From Elsinoe ampelina (Eukaryota), in contig ML992502.1 of NCBI GenBank assembly GCA_010093995.1, positions 2,612,728-2,676,727 of the forward strand: 64,000 nucleotides of DNA. The letters are read 5' to 3'. The notes beneath the pieces are model-generated. The model worked only from the letters and a program-made list of their open reading frames with translations. It was not told where the DNA came from and did no database searches. Position numbers and translations under genes: made by a program. Position 1 is the first letter of the stretch. The number at the start of each line of letters is the position of its first letter. Shown here one piece after another: positions 27,056 through 37,450 of this stretch.

Positions 27056-27456
27056 CTGGTAGTACCTGAGAGCTAATACCTACCAGCAAACATGGATACC
27101 TCGCCGTCGCCCCTTCCAAAGGGCGTTTCAAGTAAGCTCACACCACCATCAGAAGCTATCCTTGGGCTGCCTACTCTGGCACAGGCTTTTTGGCTGAGCA
27201 ACCTGGTAGTATCTGAGAGCTAATACCTACCAGATGCCACAGAGACCTCGCCGTCGCGGTCGCCCCTTCGCAGGGGGTTCCCTGGTAAGCTCTTATAGCC
27301 TTTCGAGGTTGGCATCCTGGTAGTACCTGACGGCTAATACCTACCAGATCCAGCACGAAGCCTGCTGTCTGACCTGTTTGCCAGCAGTAAGGCATTTGGT
27401 AAGATCATTGTGTGAGGAGTGGTTTCTGGTAGTACCTTGCGGCTAATTCCTACCAG
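27056..27456 (+). repeat. Four copies of a 31-bp imperfect palindrome CTGGTAGTACCTGAGAGCTAATACCTACCAG
   Basis: Copies at 27056-27086, 27203-27233, 27317-27347 and 27426-27456; spacers of 116, 83 and 78 nt; degenerate half copy at 26921-26936. Confidence 0.92.
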
Positions 27457-27581
27457 ATTCGGGTGAACCTTCCGCGCCCGGCAGAACTTTCCCTGCCAAC
27501 AAACCGGACTCAAAGAAAGTCCATTTCGATATACCTCCCACTCACCAAAACATCAAGCATGGTAGCCGGAAAGGCGCCAAA

Positions 27582-30500
27582 ATGTCTGCGGATCTCTCGC
27601 CACGAGCGTGGTTCGTGTCGCTCGAATTCCACGACGATCACTTCTCGCGCGACTCTATCATAATCAATACTGAGCACATAGCTGGCTGCGATCTTCTGCT
27701 TGGCTCAATAGCGCGAGTGGCACCATTCCACGCATCAAAGCGCACTCACAATGGTCGCAACTCTTCAGATCATAGCTCAACCGTGGACGACAGCTCTCAA
27801 TATGGTGGCACCAGCACTTCGGACGGGACCGATAGTCAGACTTCTAAGCGCACCGCCTCGCGAGGTACAAAGCGGACCGCACGAAGTGGTCACAGTGTCG
27901 ATGGTGATATACCCGGAACCGTCGAGCACAGTAAATCACTGGTCTTCACTGTCGGACAGCTCACTTCAGAACAGAGGTTGAAGAAGCCTCACATGCAGAT
28001 CTCACTCCACACAAGTATCAAGTCCGTTTTCAACTTCACAAACCGTCAGCGAGCCGTAGTATACCCCGACAGCAAAGAAACTTCTCAGGCTTCCTTCATC
28101 GAACTGGCTTTTCGTGACCAGTACCTCGCCCGCTCGGACATGTGGCAGCTCACGGTCAACGAGCTGAGCAACCAACCTGTCTACCGAGGCCAGCAAGTCA
28201 CTTTTATGGGAAGCATCAAAGCGAAAATCAAGAACATCTTCGTCCGTAAAAAGAAGGTGAATTCCGCTCTGGTGACGGCTTCGACAATTCCCATCTTCCG
28301 GAGCGAGTCAGCTCGATATGTCTTCTTCATCCAGATGTCGAGGGAGATGTGGGAGTACGACGCGGACGGCAGCGGCGAGATCATGTTCAACAAGGTCATT
28401 AACGGCTTCCTTCCGGATCTGTTCAAGCGATGGCAGAAGGCTGCAGCTCGACATCTCGTCAGCATCATCCTCTTCGCACGAATCGAGTATGAGAGAGGCA
28501 TCTTGAAGCACCAAACCGAACCCGCCTACAACAAGCGATCCGATCCCGATGACAAGGACCAAAAGGATTACCGAGATTTCTACAGAGTGGTCACGACAGA
28601 CATGGCCAGTGGAGAGTGGATCCGCATATTGTATGGGCTGAAGAAGGAGTTCAAGGTCTTCCTCAGAGACACCTTGATTCTTCCCGGAGAAGAAGCATAC
28701 GGTCGACTACCAGACACCCTCTCCAGCGTGAAGGACGCCGCCGACGTGGATTGCGTGATCGCCGGAACACCGACAATCGCGGCAAAGGGCAATGTGCTGG
28801 AGGCCATCAATCTCGCTTCATCTCAATTCGCACAAGACTATATCGACAGGGACTTGGTGCGAACTGGAATCTCGCTGGTCATTATCACAGCCGGCAGTGG
28901 CGTCTTCGAGGTGGACTACGACATGCTCAAGTTGACTACAGATACCTTGGTGGGAAACGGCTTCGGCATAGACCTGGTAGCGCTGTCACCCATGCCTTTG
29001 CATTCTGTCCCGTTGTTCAAGTACAGGACACCACAAGCTGCACGGGGAATCCTCGCAAAGTCTTCCTTTGGCAGCTTTGGCAGAGGAAGTGCAACACCAC
29101 GCAACATCCCTTTGCGAACCAAACTTTCAGCTTCACCAGTCAAGCTAGATCATTTACCGAATAGCAAGCAGTTCTCTAGCACGAACGAACCGACCAACGA
29201 GGATGATGACGCAGAATCAACTTGGAGGTACGCTCTACCTCATTGGATCGATGTGTCTTTCTGGACTGGCGATGAAGACACATCCTGGGAGGATACAACG
29301 GCTTCGTTCAAACATCGTATCAACAGAGTCTCGAACGACTTTATTCCAAGCGTTCGAATGTATGAGCTGCAGATGATGGACCTGATGGACATTGAGATTG
29401 CCGACATTTCTTTGCCACTAATGGAACCTATAATCCGTCCCGTCACCAAGGCAAGCGGCGACTCGAAGGACTCCAACCACCATTCAACGGATATGTCACG
29501 GCTCCTGAACAGCTCGAATGCAGCAGCGTGGACTCCAAAAGGTTCACCGGAGAAGCAGGCACCCGAACCAGAAGCTGACGCCGATCTTGCCCGCAAGCTG
29601 CTCGAACAGTGGATGGACGATTATGACCGACAAGTTTTCGAAGATGATCCAGGCGCAGCTTCGATGGGCCTGACCTTCGAGAAGACACAGAAGGACGCAA
29701 ACACGACCCGCAGCCACGGTAGATCTGACAGTATCTCTGCTAGTTTCACTGAGCTCGGTACATCACCATCCGGGAGCGCTTTGAGCAGATCACCGCTGTC
29801 ACACTTCCAAGGACTGAAGAAACCTCGAGATCGGAAGGAGTCAATGGCATCGCTCGTGTCGGTCCCTGACAATGCCTCTGTCAACAGTGCATCAGGGCTA
29901 AGGCCGACAACGGACGGGAAGCCTGATCTCGCGAAACGTGCGAAGCTCAATCGCCAGATAAGCCTGGGTTTCAAAGGTATCGGTCCCGGAAAAGCCATCG
30001 CAAGCACCAGCATCAGCTCCGGAAGTGTCGATATGACGCCGGCCACTTCTGACATGCGAAGCACCACGGGCACAACAAAGCCTGTGGGTCTACTGACACA
30101 GCAGCTTCGCATGTCACTAAGAAGAAAGCCATCAGAAGCTACTCTTGTCGAGCAGAGCGAGGTCAAAGACACCAAGAGTCAGAAGCAGCACCAAAGCACT
30201 CCCATCTCCATTCAGAAGGACAGTAGCAGTGAGAGCTCGAACGATGAAGACAGTCTGGCAGATGCAACGGTCAAACCAGGACAGCTGCTCAAACCAAGCG
30301 AATACGGCTCTACAGTCCGGCCCGAGAACAAGTTCTTGAAAACGGCACCAGGTCGAAAGGACTCTGTGGGGAAGACGCGAGATCATGAGCTTTCCCCGTG
30401 GAGCGCCATGTCACCGTGGCTAACGCTGCTCAACCCTTCCAATCCAAGAAAGGACAACATGAGTGTGGCTACTCAGTTCCGAAGGTGGCAGCATGTCTTC

Positions 30501-33209
30501 CCACGAGCGATTCCTACAACGGCCATCAAATGGAAGTCCTTGACATCTCCGGCAGCCTTACCACTCACGAATGAATACTTTCCTACACAAGAGGAACTCA
30601 GAGACCAGTACGAAGAGAAGATACACAGAGTACAAGTGCCCGAGGATGAGGACAACGATCTCAAAGCTACCGATGTCAAGTCGCTGATGCGGCGATTGAT
30701 CTCTTCCCGCTTCTCCAATGGCTTTCAACTGGTCATCGGAAACGATGCGAAGGCGCACGCCGAAGTTCTGGATCTGAAGCTGATCGAATGCTTCGAGCCG
30801 CAATTGGCTGTGGACCAGGATTCGGTCGTGTTGATGAGTATCGGGAACGATTATCATCAGCTCCAGTGCACACGAGAAGACGAAGTCCTGGTCAAGCGAT
30901 ACATCAGAAAGACAGCCATGTTGCCAGTCCCTGTCCAAGACTCAAGGATCTTGTACAAGCCCAGGGTACGGACGATGCTTGCAGAGACTTATACGAAACG
31001 GAGTTTTGTGCTGCAAAATCCACGTTCGACATACGACTGGACTTCTATAGACGATCACTCGGCTGGAGTCAAGCCTGAGCTATCCGAAGAATTCCGCTTC
31101 TGGCGAGCACGTTTTGTGCTGATCCCAGTGGACATTCCTAAAGGAGCTCGCGGCTCTCTGGCACCAGTGACAGAAGTGACCGACGAAGAGACAAGGGTGG
31201 AGGGCATCCAGAAGCTCACTCAGATGTGGCAGAGGAACAGGTACTATCCACCAAGCGAGAAGCGCTACCAGGCTTCATTGCCCGCCCAGCACAAAGACAC
31301 CAATCCACTGGCGATAGACTACCAGACAAGAGATCCATCAGCTGTGGTCAGAGCACATGCGCTTGGTCCGGTGGAAAGCCTCCTGCATGGAGGTGATGGC
31401 TTCCCGCTTTTCGCCGAGTCCAACATGTACCACAGTAGCGACTTTGACTTGCAACGAGTGGCACAGCATCTGCAGTCAAAGCCACCAAAGGGTATCATGA
31501 TGGTCGACCGACGCTGGCACTTCAAGTTGTACCATAGGTGCTTCCGTGGTGATGAACTAACATCTTGGATTCTTGCCAACTTCAAGGATACCGAATACAG
31601 AGAAGATGCGGTCAGACTTGGCAACGAGCTCATGAAGAAAGGCTTGTTCACCCATGTTCAGTCGAAACATCACTTCAGGGACGGCAACTACTTCTACCAA
31701 GTATCGAGCGAGTACCGGACCACCTCGTTCCAAGATTCGAGAGGATGGTTCAGCCGTATGACGGACAGATCCATTCCGACCACTCCAAGCGTTGAGACTA
31801 ATCAGAACTCGCCCATGTCAGAGCGTCCAGCATCACGAGCAAGCAAGGCATCATCCGGGACCTCGTCCGGTGAACGGACTCCGACTAAGGAAAAGGTTCT
31901 GGAGCTCAGCCGCATGTTGCAGTACGACGTTGATCCGAAGAAGAAGTCCTGGCGACCGGAGATCATCCACCTGCACTATGACAGGATCCACAACCCGGAC
32001 AATTGCTACCATCTGCGCATCGAATGGATGAATGTCTCCTCGAAGCTCATAGAGGATGTGATCGTTTCTTGGGCAACGACGGTCGATCGTTATGGTCTCA
32101 AGCTGGTCGAAGTACCGATTGCGGAAGCCTGCAAGATCAGTGAGGATCATCCGTTCCGAACGCCATACAGAGTGGATCTGGTCTGCCCGCCTCCAAAGAG
32201 TACACCTCGCCACTACTTTGAGACTGTTACATTCAGCGGCCTGCACTCACTAGACGACCCTCTGGCATATCAAAAGGCAGTCCTGCGCAAATGGGACTTT
32301 GTCCTTGACATCGAATCAGCCAAGTCGTTCGAGTCCACGGTGCCCGTGACCTACTCCTGGGGCAAGCCTTCTTACCAATATACCCAGTTCATCCACAAAT
32401 CTGGCGGACTGCTCGCTCAGATCACCGATGAGGGCTCTTTCCTTCTCCTGGCCAATCGCCTCTGCTCGAACAGAGTGACACCAAGCAAAGACACGTCCAA
32501 GGCGGATCACCCGGAACGGGCTCCTTTCGATCGCCGCACCACCCGCACTGCCGCCTCACCATATGCCTCTCCTCTGATCCGCCCGGCCGACGTCCCTATC
32601 CCGCCATCTCCTCACCTCTCTGCTCTCGCCGACCAGCGTCCATCGGTCGCCACCTCTCGCATCCCCACGACCACTTCCAAGAAAGACCTCCTCCGCCCGC
32701 TTACCTTTTCCGAAACTCGCCTCAACGGCAAACCCTTGACGGCGGAGAACCTCTTGAACGCCTTTGAGAAATTCTGCCACAACAAGACCGAGCTCGAAGT
32801 TTTCTGGGAAGACGCCCTGAAGCCCTCTGCTTCGCCTAGCCCGCGCCAACACCCTGCCGACCGCGCCAGTCCCCGTGTCACACCCACTCTGCGCGGTGTG
32901 AGCGCCGCTTTCGCGCGACAAGGACGTGGAGCAGGACCGGAGCTCGGCGCCGTCGAGGAGATTCCTAGCTTGGGACTGCCGGAGAGGAGGATGCAATTCG
33001 GTGCTGGGAGGGCGGCGAGTTATGCGCCTTCTAGTGGGTTTGGGTTGGGGCCGGGAGCGGGGGAGAGGGAAAGGGAGAGGGAAAGGAGGGAAAGTGGTGG
33101 TGGAGAGGGGAGGAGTGGGGCCTTGGGGGCGCAGTTGCTGGGGAGGCCGGCCAGTCCGAGGGATACGATGTTGGGAGAGGATGGGAAGAAGGGTCCTGGT
33201 GGAGCATGA
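27582..33209 (+). CDS. IML1: Vacuolar membrane-associated protein Iml1 (SEACIT/GATOR1 subunit, DEPDC5 ortholog)
   Basis: 1875-aa ORF with FRDQYLARSDMW, FRSESARYVFFIQMSREMW, DRDLVRTG, KWKSLTSPAALPLT and a DEP domain (DRRWHFKLYHRCFRG...FRDGNYFY). Confidence 0.96.
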   Translation: MSADLSPRAWFVSLEFHDDHFSRDSIIINTEHIAGCDLLLGSIARVAPFHASKRTHNGRNSSDHSSTVDDSSQYGGTSTSDGTDSQTSKRTASRGTKRTARSGHSVDGDIPGTVEHSKSLVFTVGQLTSEQRLKKPHMQISLHTSIKSVFNFTNRQRAVVYPDSKETSQASFIELAFRDQYLARSDMWQLTVNELSNQPVYRGQQVTFMGSIKAKIKNIFVRKKKVNSALVTASTIPIFRSESARYVFFIQMSREMWEYDADGSGEIMFNKVINGFLPDLFKRWQKAAARHLVSIILFARIEYERGILKHQTEPAYNKRSDPDDKDQKDYRDFYRVVTTDMASGEWIRILYGLKKEFKVFLRDTLILPGEEAYGRLPDTLSSVKDAADVDCVIAGTPTIAAKGNVLEAINLASSQFAQDYIDRDLVRTGISLVIITAGSGVFEVDYDMLKLTTDTLVGNGFGIDLVALSPMPLHSVPLFKYRTPQAARGILAKSSFGSFGRGSATPRNIPLRTKLSASPVKLDHLPNSKQFSSTNEPTNEDDDAESTWRYALPHWIDVSFWTGDEDTSWEDTTASFKHRINRVSNDFIPSVRMYELQMMDLMDIEIADISLPLMEPIIRPVTKASGDSKDSNHHSTDMSRLLNSSNAAAWTPKGSPEKQAPEPEADADLARKLLEQWMDDYDRQVFEDDPGAASMGLTFEKTQKDANTTRSHGRSDSISASFTELGTSPSGSALSRSPLSHFQGLKKPRDRKESMASLVSVPDNASVNSASGLRPTTDGKPDLAKRAKLNRQISLGFKGIGPGKAIASTSISSGSVDMTPATSDMRSTTGTTKPVGLLTQQLRMSLRRKPSEATLVEQSEVKDTKSQKQHQSTPISIQKDSSSESSNDEDSLADATVKPGQLLKPSEYGSTVRPENKFLKTAPGRKDSVGKTRDHELSPWSAMSPWLTLLNPSNPRKDNMSVATQFRRWQHVFPRAIPTTAIKWKSLTSPAALPLTNEYFPTQEELRDQYEEKIHRVQVPEDEDNDLKATDVKSLMRRLISSRFSNGFQLVIGNDAKAHAEVLDLKLIECFEPQLAVDQDSVVLMSIGNDYHQLQCTREDEVLVKRYIRKTAMLPVPVQDSRILYKPRVRTMLAETYTKRSFVLQNPRSTYDWTSIDDHSAGVKPELSEEFRFWRARFVLIPVDIPKGARGSLAPVTEVTDEETRVEGIQKLTQMWQRNRYYPPSEKRYQASLPAQHKDTNPLAIDYQTRDPSAVVRAHALGPVESLLHGGDGFPLFAESNMYHSSDFDLQRVAQHLQSKPPKGIMMVDRRWHFKLYHRCFRGDELTSWILANFKDTEYREDAVRLGNELMKKGLFTHVQSKHHFRDGNYFYQVSSEYRTTSFQDSRGWFSRMTDRSIPTTPSVETNQNSPMSERPASRASKASSGTSSGERTPTKEKVLELSRMLQYDVDPKKKSWRPEIIHLHYDRIHNPDNCYHLRIEWMNVSSKLIEDVIVSWATTVDRYGLKLVEVPIAEACKISEDHPFRTPYRVDLVCPPPKSTPRHYFETVTFSGLHSLDDPLAYQKAVLRKWDFVLDIESAKSFESTVPVTYSWGKPSYQYTQFIHKSGGLLAQITDEGSFLLLANRLCSNRVTPSKDTSKADHPERAPFDRRTTRTAASPYASPLIRPADVPIPPSPHLSALADQRPSVATSRIPTTTSKKDLLRPLTFSETRLNGKPLTAENLLNAFEKFCHNKTELEVFWEDALKPSASPSPRQHPADRASPRVTPTLRGVSAAFARQGRGAGPELGAVEEIPSLGLPERRMQFGAGRAASYAPSSGFGLGPGAGERERERERRESGGGEGRSGALGAQLLGRPASPRDTMLGEDGKKGPGGA

Positions 33210-33278
33210 ACGATGGGATGAGAGAGATGGGCAGGAGAGTGTACGATAAATGAAATGGTAGATGCGGATGTAAGATAG

Positions 33279-35249
33279 CTACACGGTCTTGTTGCCGTCC
33301 CACTCTAGGCCAGTAATGGGAGATTTCGGCGCTTCTTGACCCTCCTCGACGTGAATGCTTCTGTCTCCGTCCTCGTCTTTACCCACATCCATTCCTTCCT
33401 CACCACCCTCCTTCTCCTCCTTTACACCAGCCACCTCCCCCTTCCCCTCCCCGTCCTTCCTCCTCAAAATCGCCAACGCCTCCACATGCGCCGTCTGCGG
33501 GAAAAAGTCCCACCCCATGAGACTCTCAATCTCGTACCTGCCCCCGTCCCCACACAAGACCCCAACATCCCTCGCCTGCGTATGCACATTACAGCTCACA
33601 TACACGACCCTCTTGGGTGCAAACCCCAACAACTGCGCCAAAAACGCCCCGTCGCACCCCTTCCTGCTCGGATCCAGCACCACGACCGTGTTATCGGCCG
33701 GGAAACCCCTCACGTGGGCGAAGATATCGCCGGCGTCGCCGGCGAGGAAAGCGCACTTGTCCTTGGGGATGTGGTTCAGCTCCGCGTTGCGGGAGGCGAA
33801 ATCGATGGATTGGGACGACGTGTCGATGCCGATTGTCCGCGTGAACATGTCGGCGAGGAAGACGGAGAAGAGGCCGGAGCCGCAGTAGGCGTCGACGAGG
33901 TGCGTGATGTTGTCCGGGTTGGGGTGCATGTCTGCGGAACTGAAGGGGGGGTGGAGGACGGGGGGCGGGCAGCGGATGTGGGATTTTATGTGGAGCAGGA
34001 AGGGGTATAGGATGGCTTCGTTGTTTTGGAAGAAGGCGCCGGCCGGGTTGTCGAAGCGGTGGGTGCCGACGTATTCGGTGCTGATGGCTTTGGGGTCGGT
34101 GATGCAGGTTTTGATCAGGTAGGAGAAGCCGTCGTCTTCCATGGTGAAGTCTTCGGGGTGTTCGGTTTTGAAGTCGGGGGCGAGCTTGTCGGCGTCGGAT
34201 TTGAGGAGTTTTTTGATGCTGCGGGCTTGGGTAGAGCCGATGCCTGAGTTGAGGCGGGCGCCAGGGTTGTCTTTTTCGATGGTGGTGGTGTTTTGGCGGC
34301 AGAGCAGGGTGGCGCCGCGGTTGTACTGGTCGAGGTTCTTTGCCACTCGTTTGCGTTCGCGCTTCATGCCTTTGCGTACTGCGTCGGTACCGATTGGGCA
34401 ATCTTCAATGTCCATTGTCTTGCGAGTGCCCTTTTGCATGAAGCCGATGGGCGGGACGTGCTCCCAGTTAGGCTTGTTGCCCTGTCGTCTGTCCCTACGA
34501 CCACCCGGTGGCCCATCGAAATGAGGAGTGAGCTTCGTCCGGTATCCATATGGTTCGGCAGATGGATGCGTGTCCCCAATGGTCGGGATCTTCGAGGCAG
34601 GTAACTTGGAGAAGTGCCGGTACGCCTTCTCAACAATGGTCTTCTTGTGCGCGAGTTGATCCTCCTCGCTCATCATCTGGAATTGGCAACCAGAACATTT
34701 GGCAAAGTACTGACATCGTATGAGATCATCATCTCGCTTCGAAGACTTCTTTATGACTTTGACAAAGTCCGCTACCGAGTATGGCTGTTGTCGGTCATGT
34801 CGAATAATCTTGGCCCGGATTTTGTCGCCAGGCACAACGAATGGTACAGCGACGACTTGTGCAGTGTCCGGTAGTATTGCTAGCCCATCTCCAGTCGAAG
34901 AAAGCTCCTCTATATCGAGATCGACTTCAGTAAACGGATCCGGTAGAGCATTCTGAGATTTGCCGTTCGCGTCGGCTTCGTCCTTGGGATTCAGAGAGTG
35001 CTTCTCCAACAGCTCTTGCACGTCCCTGATCAAGACATCTTCATTTGATCCCTCTGCAACGTCCGAGTTTGTCTTTTGCTTCTTGCTCCTTTTGAAGTGG
35101 CGTTTGCCCTCATTGAAGGATCTTTTATTCGACTGCTGAGACTGTGAGTGACCATTTGCCTGCTTCATTTCGACCATGACGGGAATCGCAGATTTGAATG
35201 TGCTGGACGACCGTGATAGAGCCCTAATTCCGCATCGCAAAGACAGCAT
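33279..35249 (-). CDS. TRM2: tRNA (uracil-5-)-methyltransferase Trm2
   Basis: TRAM domain (LSSTGDGLA...VPFVVPGD), CQYFAKCSGCQFQ, YGYRTKLTPHF, FFQNN, LVDAYCGSGLF, DPSRKG, YVSCN and DFFPQTAHVE. Confidence 0.95.
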   Translation of the reverse strand: MLSLRCGIRALSRSSSTFKSAIPVMVEMKQANGHSQSQQSNKRSFNEGKRHFKRSKKQKTNSDVAEGSNEDVLIRDVQELLEKHSLNPKDEADANGKSQNALPDPFTEVDLDIEELSSTGDGLAILPDTAQVVAVPFVVPGDKIRAKIIRHDRQQPYSVADFVKVIKKSSKRDDDLIRCQYFAKCSGCQFQMMSEEDQLAHKKTIVEKAYRHFSKLPASKIPTIGDTHPSAEPYGYRTKLTPHFDGPPGGRRDRRQGNKPNWEHVPPIGFMQKGTRKTMDIEDCPIGTDAVRKGMKRERKRVAKNLDQYNRGATLLCRQNTTTIEKDNPGARLNSGIGSTQARSIKKLLKSDADKLAPDFKTEHPEDFTMEDDGFSYLIKTCITDPKAISTEYVGTHRFDNPAGAFFQNNEAILYPFLLHIKSHIRCPPPVLHPPFSSADMHPNPDNITHLVDAYCGSGLFSVFLADMFTRTIGIDTSSQSIDFASRNAELNHIPKDKCAFLAGDAGDIFAHVRGFPADNTVVVLDPSRKGCDGAFLAQLLGFAPKRVVYVSCNVHTQARDVGVLCGDGGRYEIESLMGWDFFPQTAHVEALAILRRKDGEGKGEVAGVKEEKEGGEEGMDVGKDEDGDRSIHVEEGQEAPKSPITGLEWDGNKTV

Positions 35250-35416
35250 TGAAAAAGATGAAATTCATATGAAGCTTCTGATGTGATGCAGTCGAGCTTC
35301 GTCTTGGCGCTCAAAAAGTTGAACCCGCAAATGAGCTTCACCTTTGTTACATCTTCATCACCACGACAAGCTTCGCTATCTCCGCCGCTGTGACGAGACG
35401 GAGCCATCTGATCGCC

Positions 35417-36978
35417 ATGAGCGGTGTAGCATCGACCAAATGCCTCTTTTGCAGGCTGGCACCCTCAGTCCCGAAAGGATCATCGATACCTCCGCGGCGA
35501 CAATTCCACAGCACACCCTCGAATCAAGCCAGGCGGAAACCCAACTTTGCAAGCGTGCGCGCAGTCGATCTCGGTCTGATCACGACAACGAAACCCAAAA
35601 GCGGTCGACAAACGTTTGCTCTCCCGACAGTCCTTCCGCAAAGGACAAAGCACAAGGACAAGAAGAACGAGACGGCGCCGCGACCAGCATACCGTGATCC
35701 TAGGGCAATAGACAGGGTCAAGGTCTCTCAAGCGCTCGACAGTGCCACGAATTTCTTCAAGCCATACACACCTCGCGAGAAGCAATTGCTCGCACTCAAA
35801 TACACTCCCGAACAGGTGGCAGCACTCGAGGCAGCTGAGGCGAGTATCAATCCCGAGGATATCGCCGCTCAGGGGCGCATGCGCGATGATGCCATGCGAA
35901 TTGAGTACAAGGACGACTTCAGCAGAATATTACCGCTCATTGACCACCCCGTCCGGGCACCGGATGAGGACATTGATCCTGGTATTCGGCCACTTACAGA
36001 ACAGGAGACGGCTGCACGGTTTGCAGATTGGTTCGAAGCGGTCGCGCAAAGACAGGAAGACAAAGTGGAGGCGGAAGACGAATTGGTGACAGAGACACAG
36101 TCTTTGTTGAGAGACGTGAAAGCTGGGGCGGAGTTGGGCATTCATCCAGCGGACGGCCTCACGCCGCAGGAACGACTTCTGAAGTTGAGGAGATACGCGG
36201 AAGAGCATGAAAGTGAATTCGATGATGTGGTAGCTTTTGAGCGATTCGTCGCGGATCCCAGCAACTTCTACTACTCTCCGAAAGGCACGCTGCACAGCCA
36301 GTCGGACGTGCTTGCCGATGAGCTGCCACGTCTGGAAGATCCTCGAATCATTACCGACAACGAGAGCGAAGACCCACACATGGAGCGACTCATACTGCAG
36401 ACCGGCCTGGAGGACGAAGTCATCCAGAATATCAGGACCAAGATCTTGGTGCAACACCGTGTCGTCAACCAGACCAGGATGGGTAAAATTCAGAGCATGT
36501 ACTTCCTGTGCATCGCCGGAGACGGAGAGGGCATGCTGGGCGTTGGCGAAGGCAAGAGCACGGAAGCAGACGAGGCAGCGAGAAAGAGCAAGTTGAACGC
36601 CATTAGGAACATGAAGCCGATCCCCCGATACGAGAACAGGACCATCTTTGGTGAAGTCGAGGGTAAAGTCGGCGCCAGCATCGTCAAGCTGAGCGCCAGG
36701 CATCCAGGTTAGTCTCCTCCGTTCCTCATACCTTGACTCTGTCACTGATCTTCTTAGGCTTCGGCAACAGGTGCCAATCCCTCATCTTCGAAATGGCAAG
36801 GGCAGCTGGTCTACGAGATCTCTCGGCGAGATGTCTACGATCGAGAAACAAGATGAATGTGGTCAAGGCGACCTACGCGGCGCTGATGAGCCAACGTGAT
36901 CCGGAAGAGGTGGCCATGGCGAGAGGTCGTAAGTTGGTGGATGTGAGGAAGGTGTACTATGAGGGTATGACTGCGTGA
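35417..36978 (+). CDS. MRPS5: Mitochondrial small-subunit ribosomal protein uS5m
   Basis: Basic presequence, HRVVNQTRMGK, GDGEGMLGVGEGKS, IPRYENRTIFG and GRKLVDVRKVYY; one intron at about 36708-36757. Confidence 0.94.
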
Positions 36979-37234
36979 GAAGCAGTGTCAATAGCTTGTA
37001 CAGTATCGAGGAATTTTCTGAGCGCGATGTTGTGGAAGGACAATTCCACATTTCACTTCACTTCACATCGTCACCTCACATGGATTCACCAGATCTTTGC
37101 TTTGCGGACCAAGATCTGTTAGCTGCCAGCGCATCGCTACCAAGATCTATATCGAGAAGATCTGTGTCATCCACGTGGCTTGCATAGCCTTTGTGCAAAT
37201 TTTCACACGATCCTCATGTCTAGTCCATCAAATT

Positions 37235-37450
37235 CACATCCCCTATCTTCAAATGCCTCATCTCAATTCAACATCTTCACATCCCTCATCTGCAGAATTT
37301 TCATCTCGATTCAACATGCTCACATCTCGTGTCTTCAAATCCGTCATCTCCATTCAACATCTTCACATCTCCTACCTTCAAATGCCTCATCTCGTGCCCT
37401 CAATATCACATCCCTTGGATGCAGAATTTTATCTCCATCCGATATATTAA
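37235..37450. repeat. Degenerate 43-bp minisatellite (at least 5 units)
   Basis: CACATC unit starts at 37235, 37278, 37321, 37364 and 37407, exactly 43 nt apart. Confidence 0.85.

Noticed and set aside
27056..27456. True CRISPR array
   Set aside because: The context is eukaryotic with no cas genes, and the spacers are long, uneven and partly homologous to each other.
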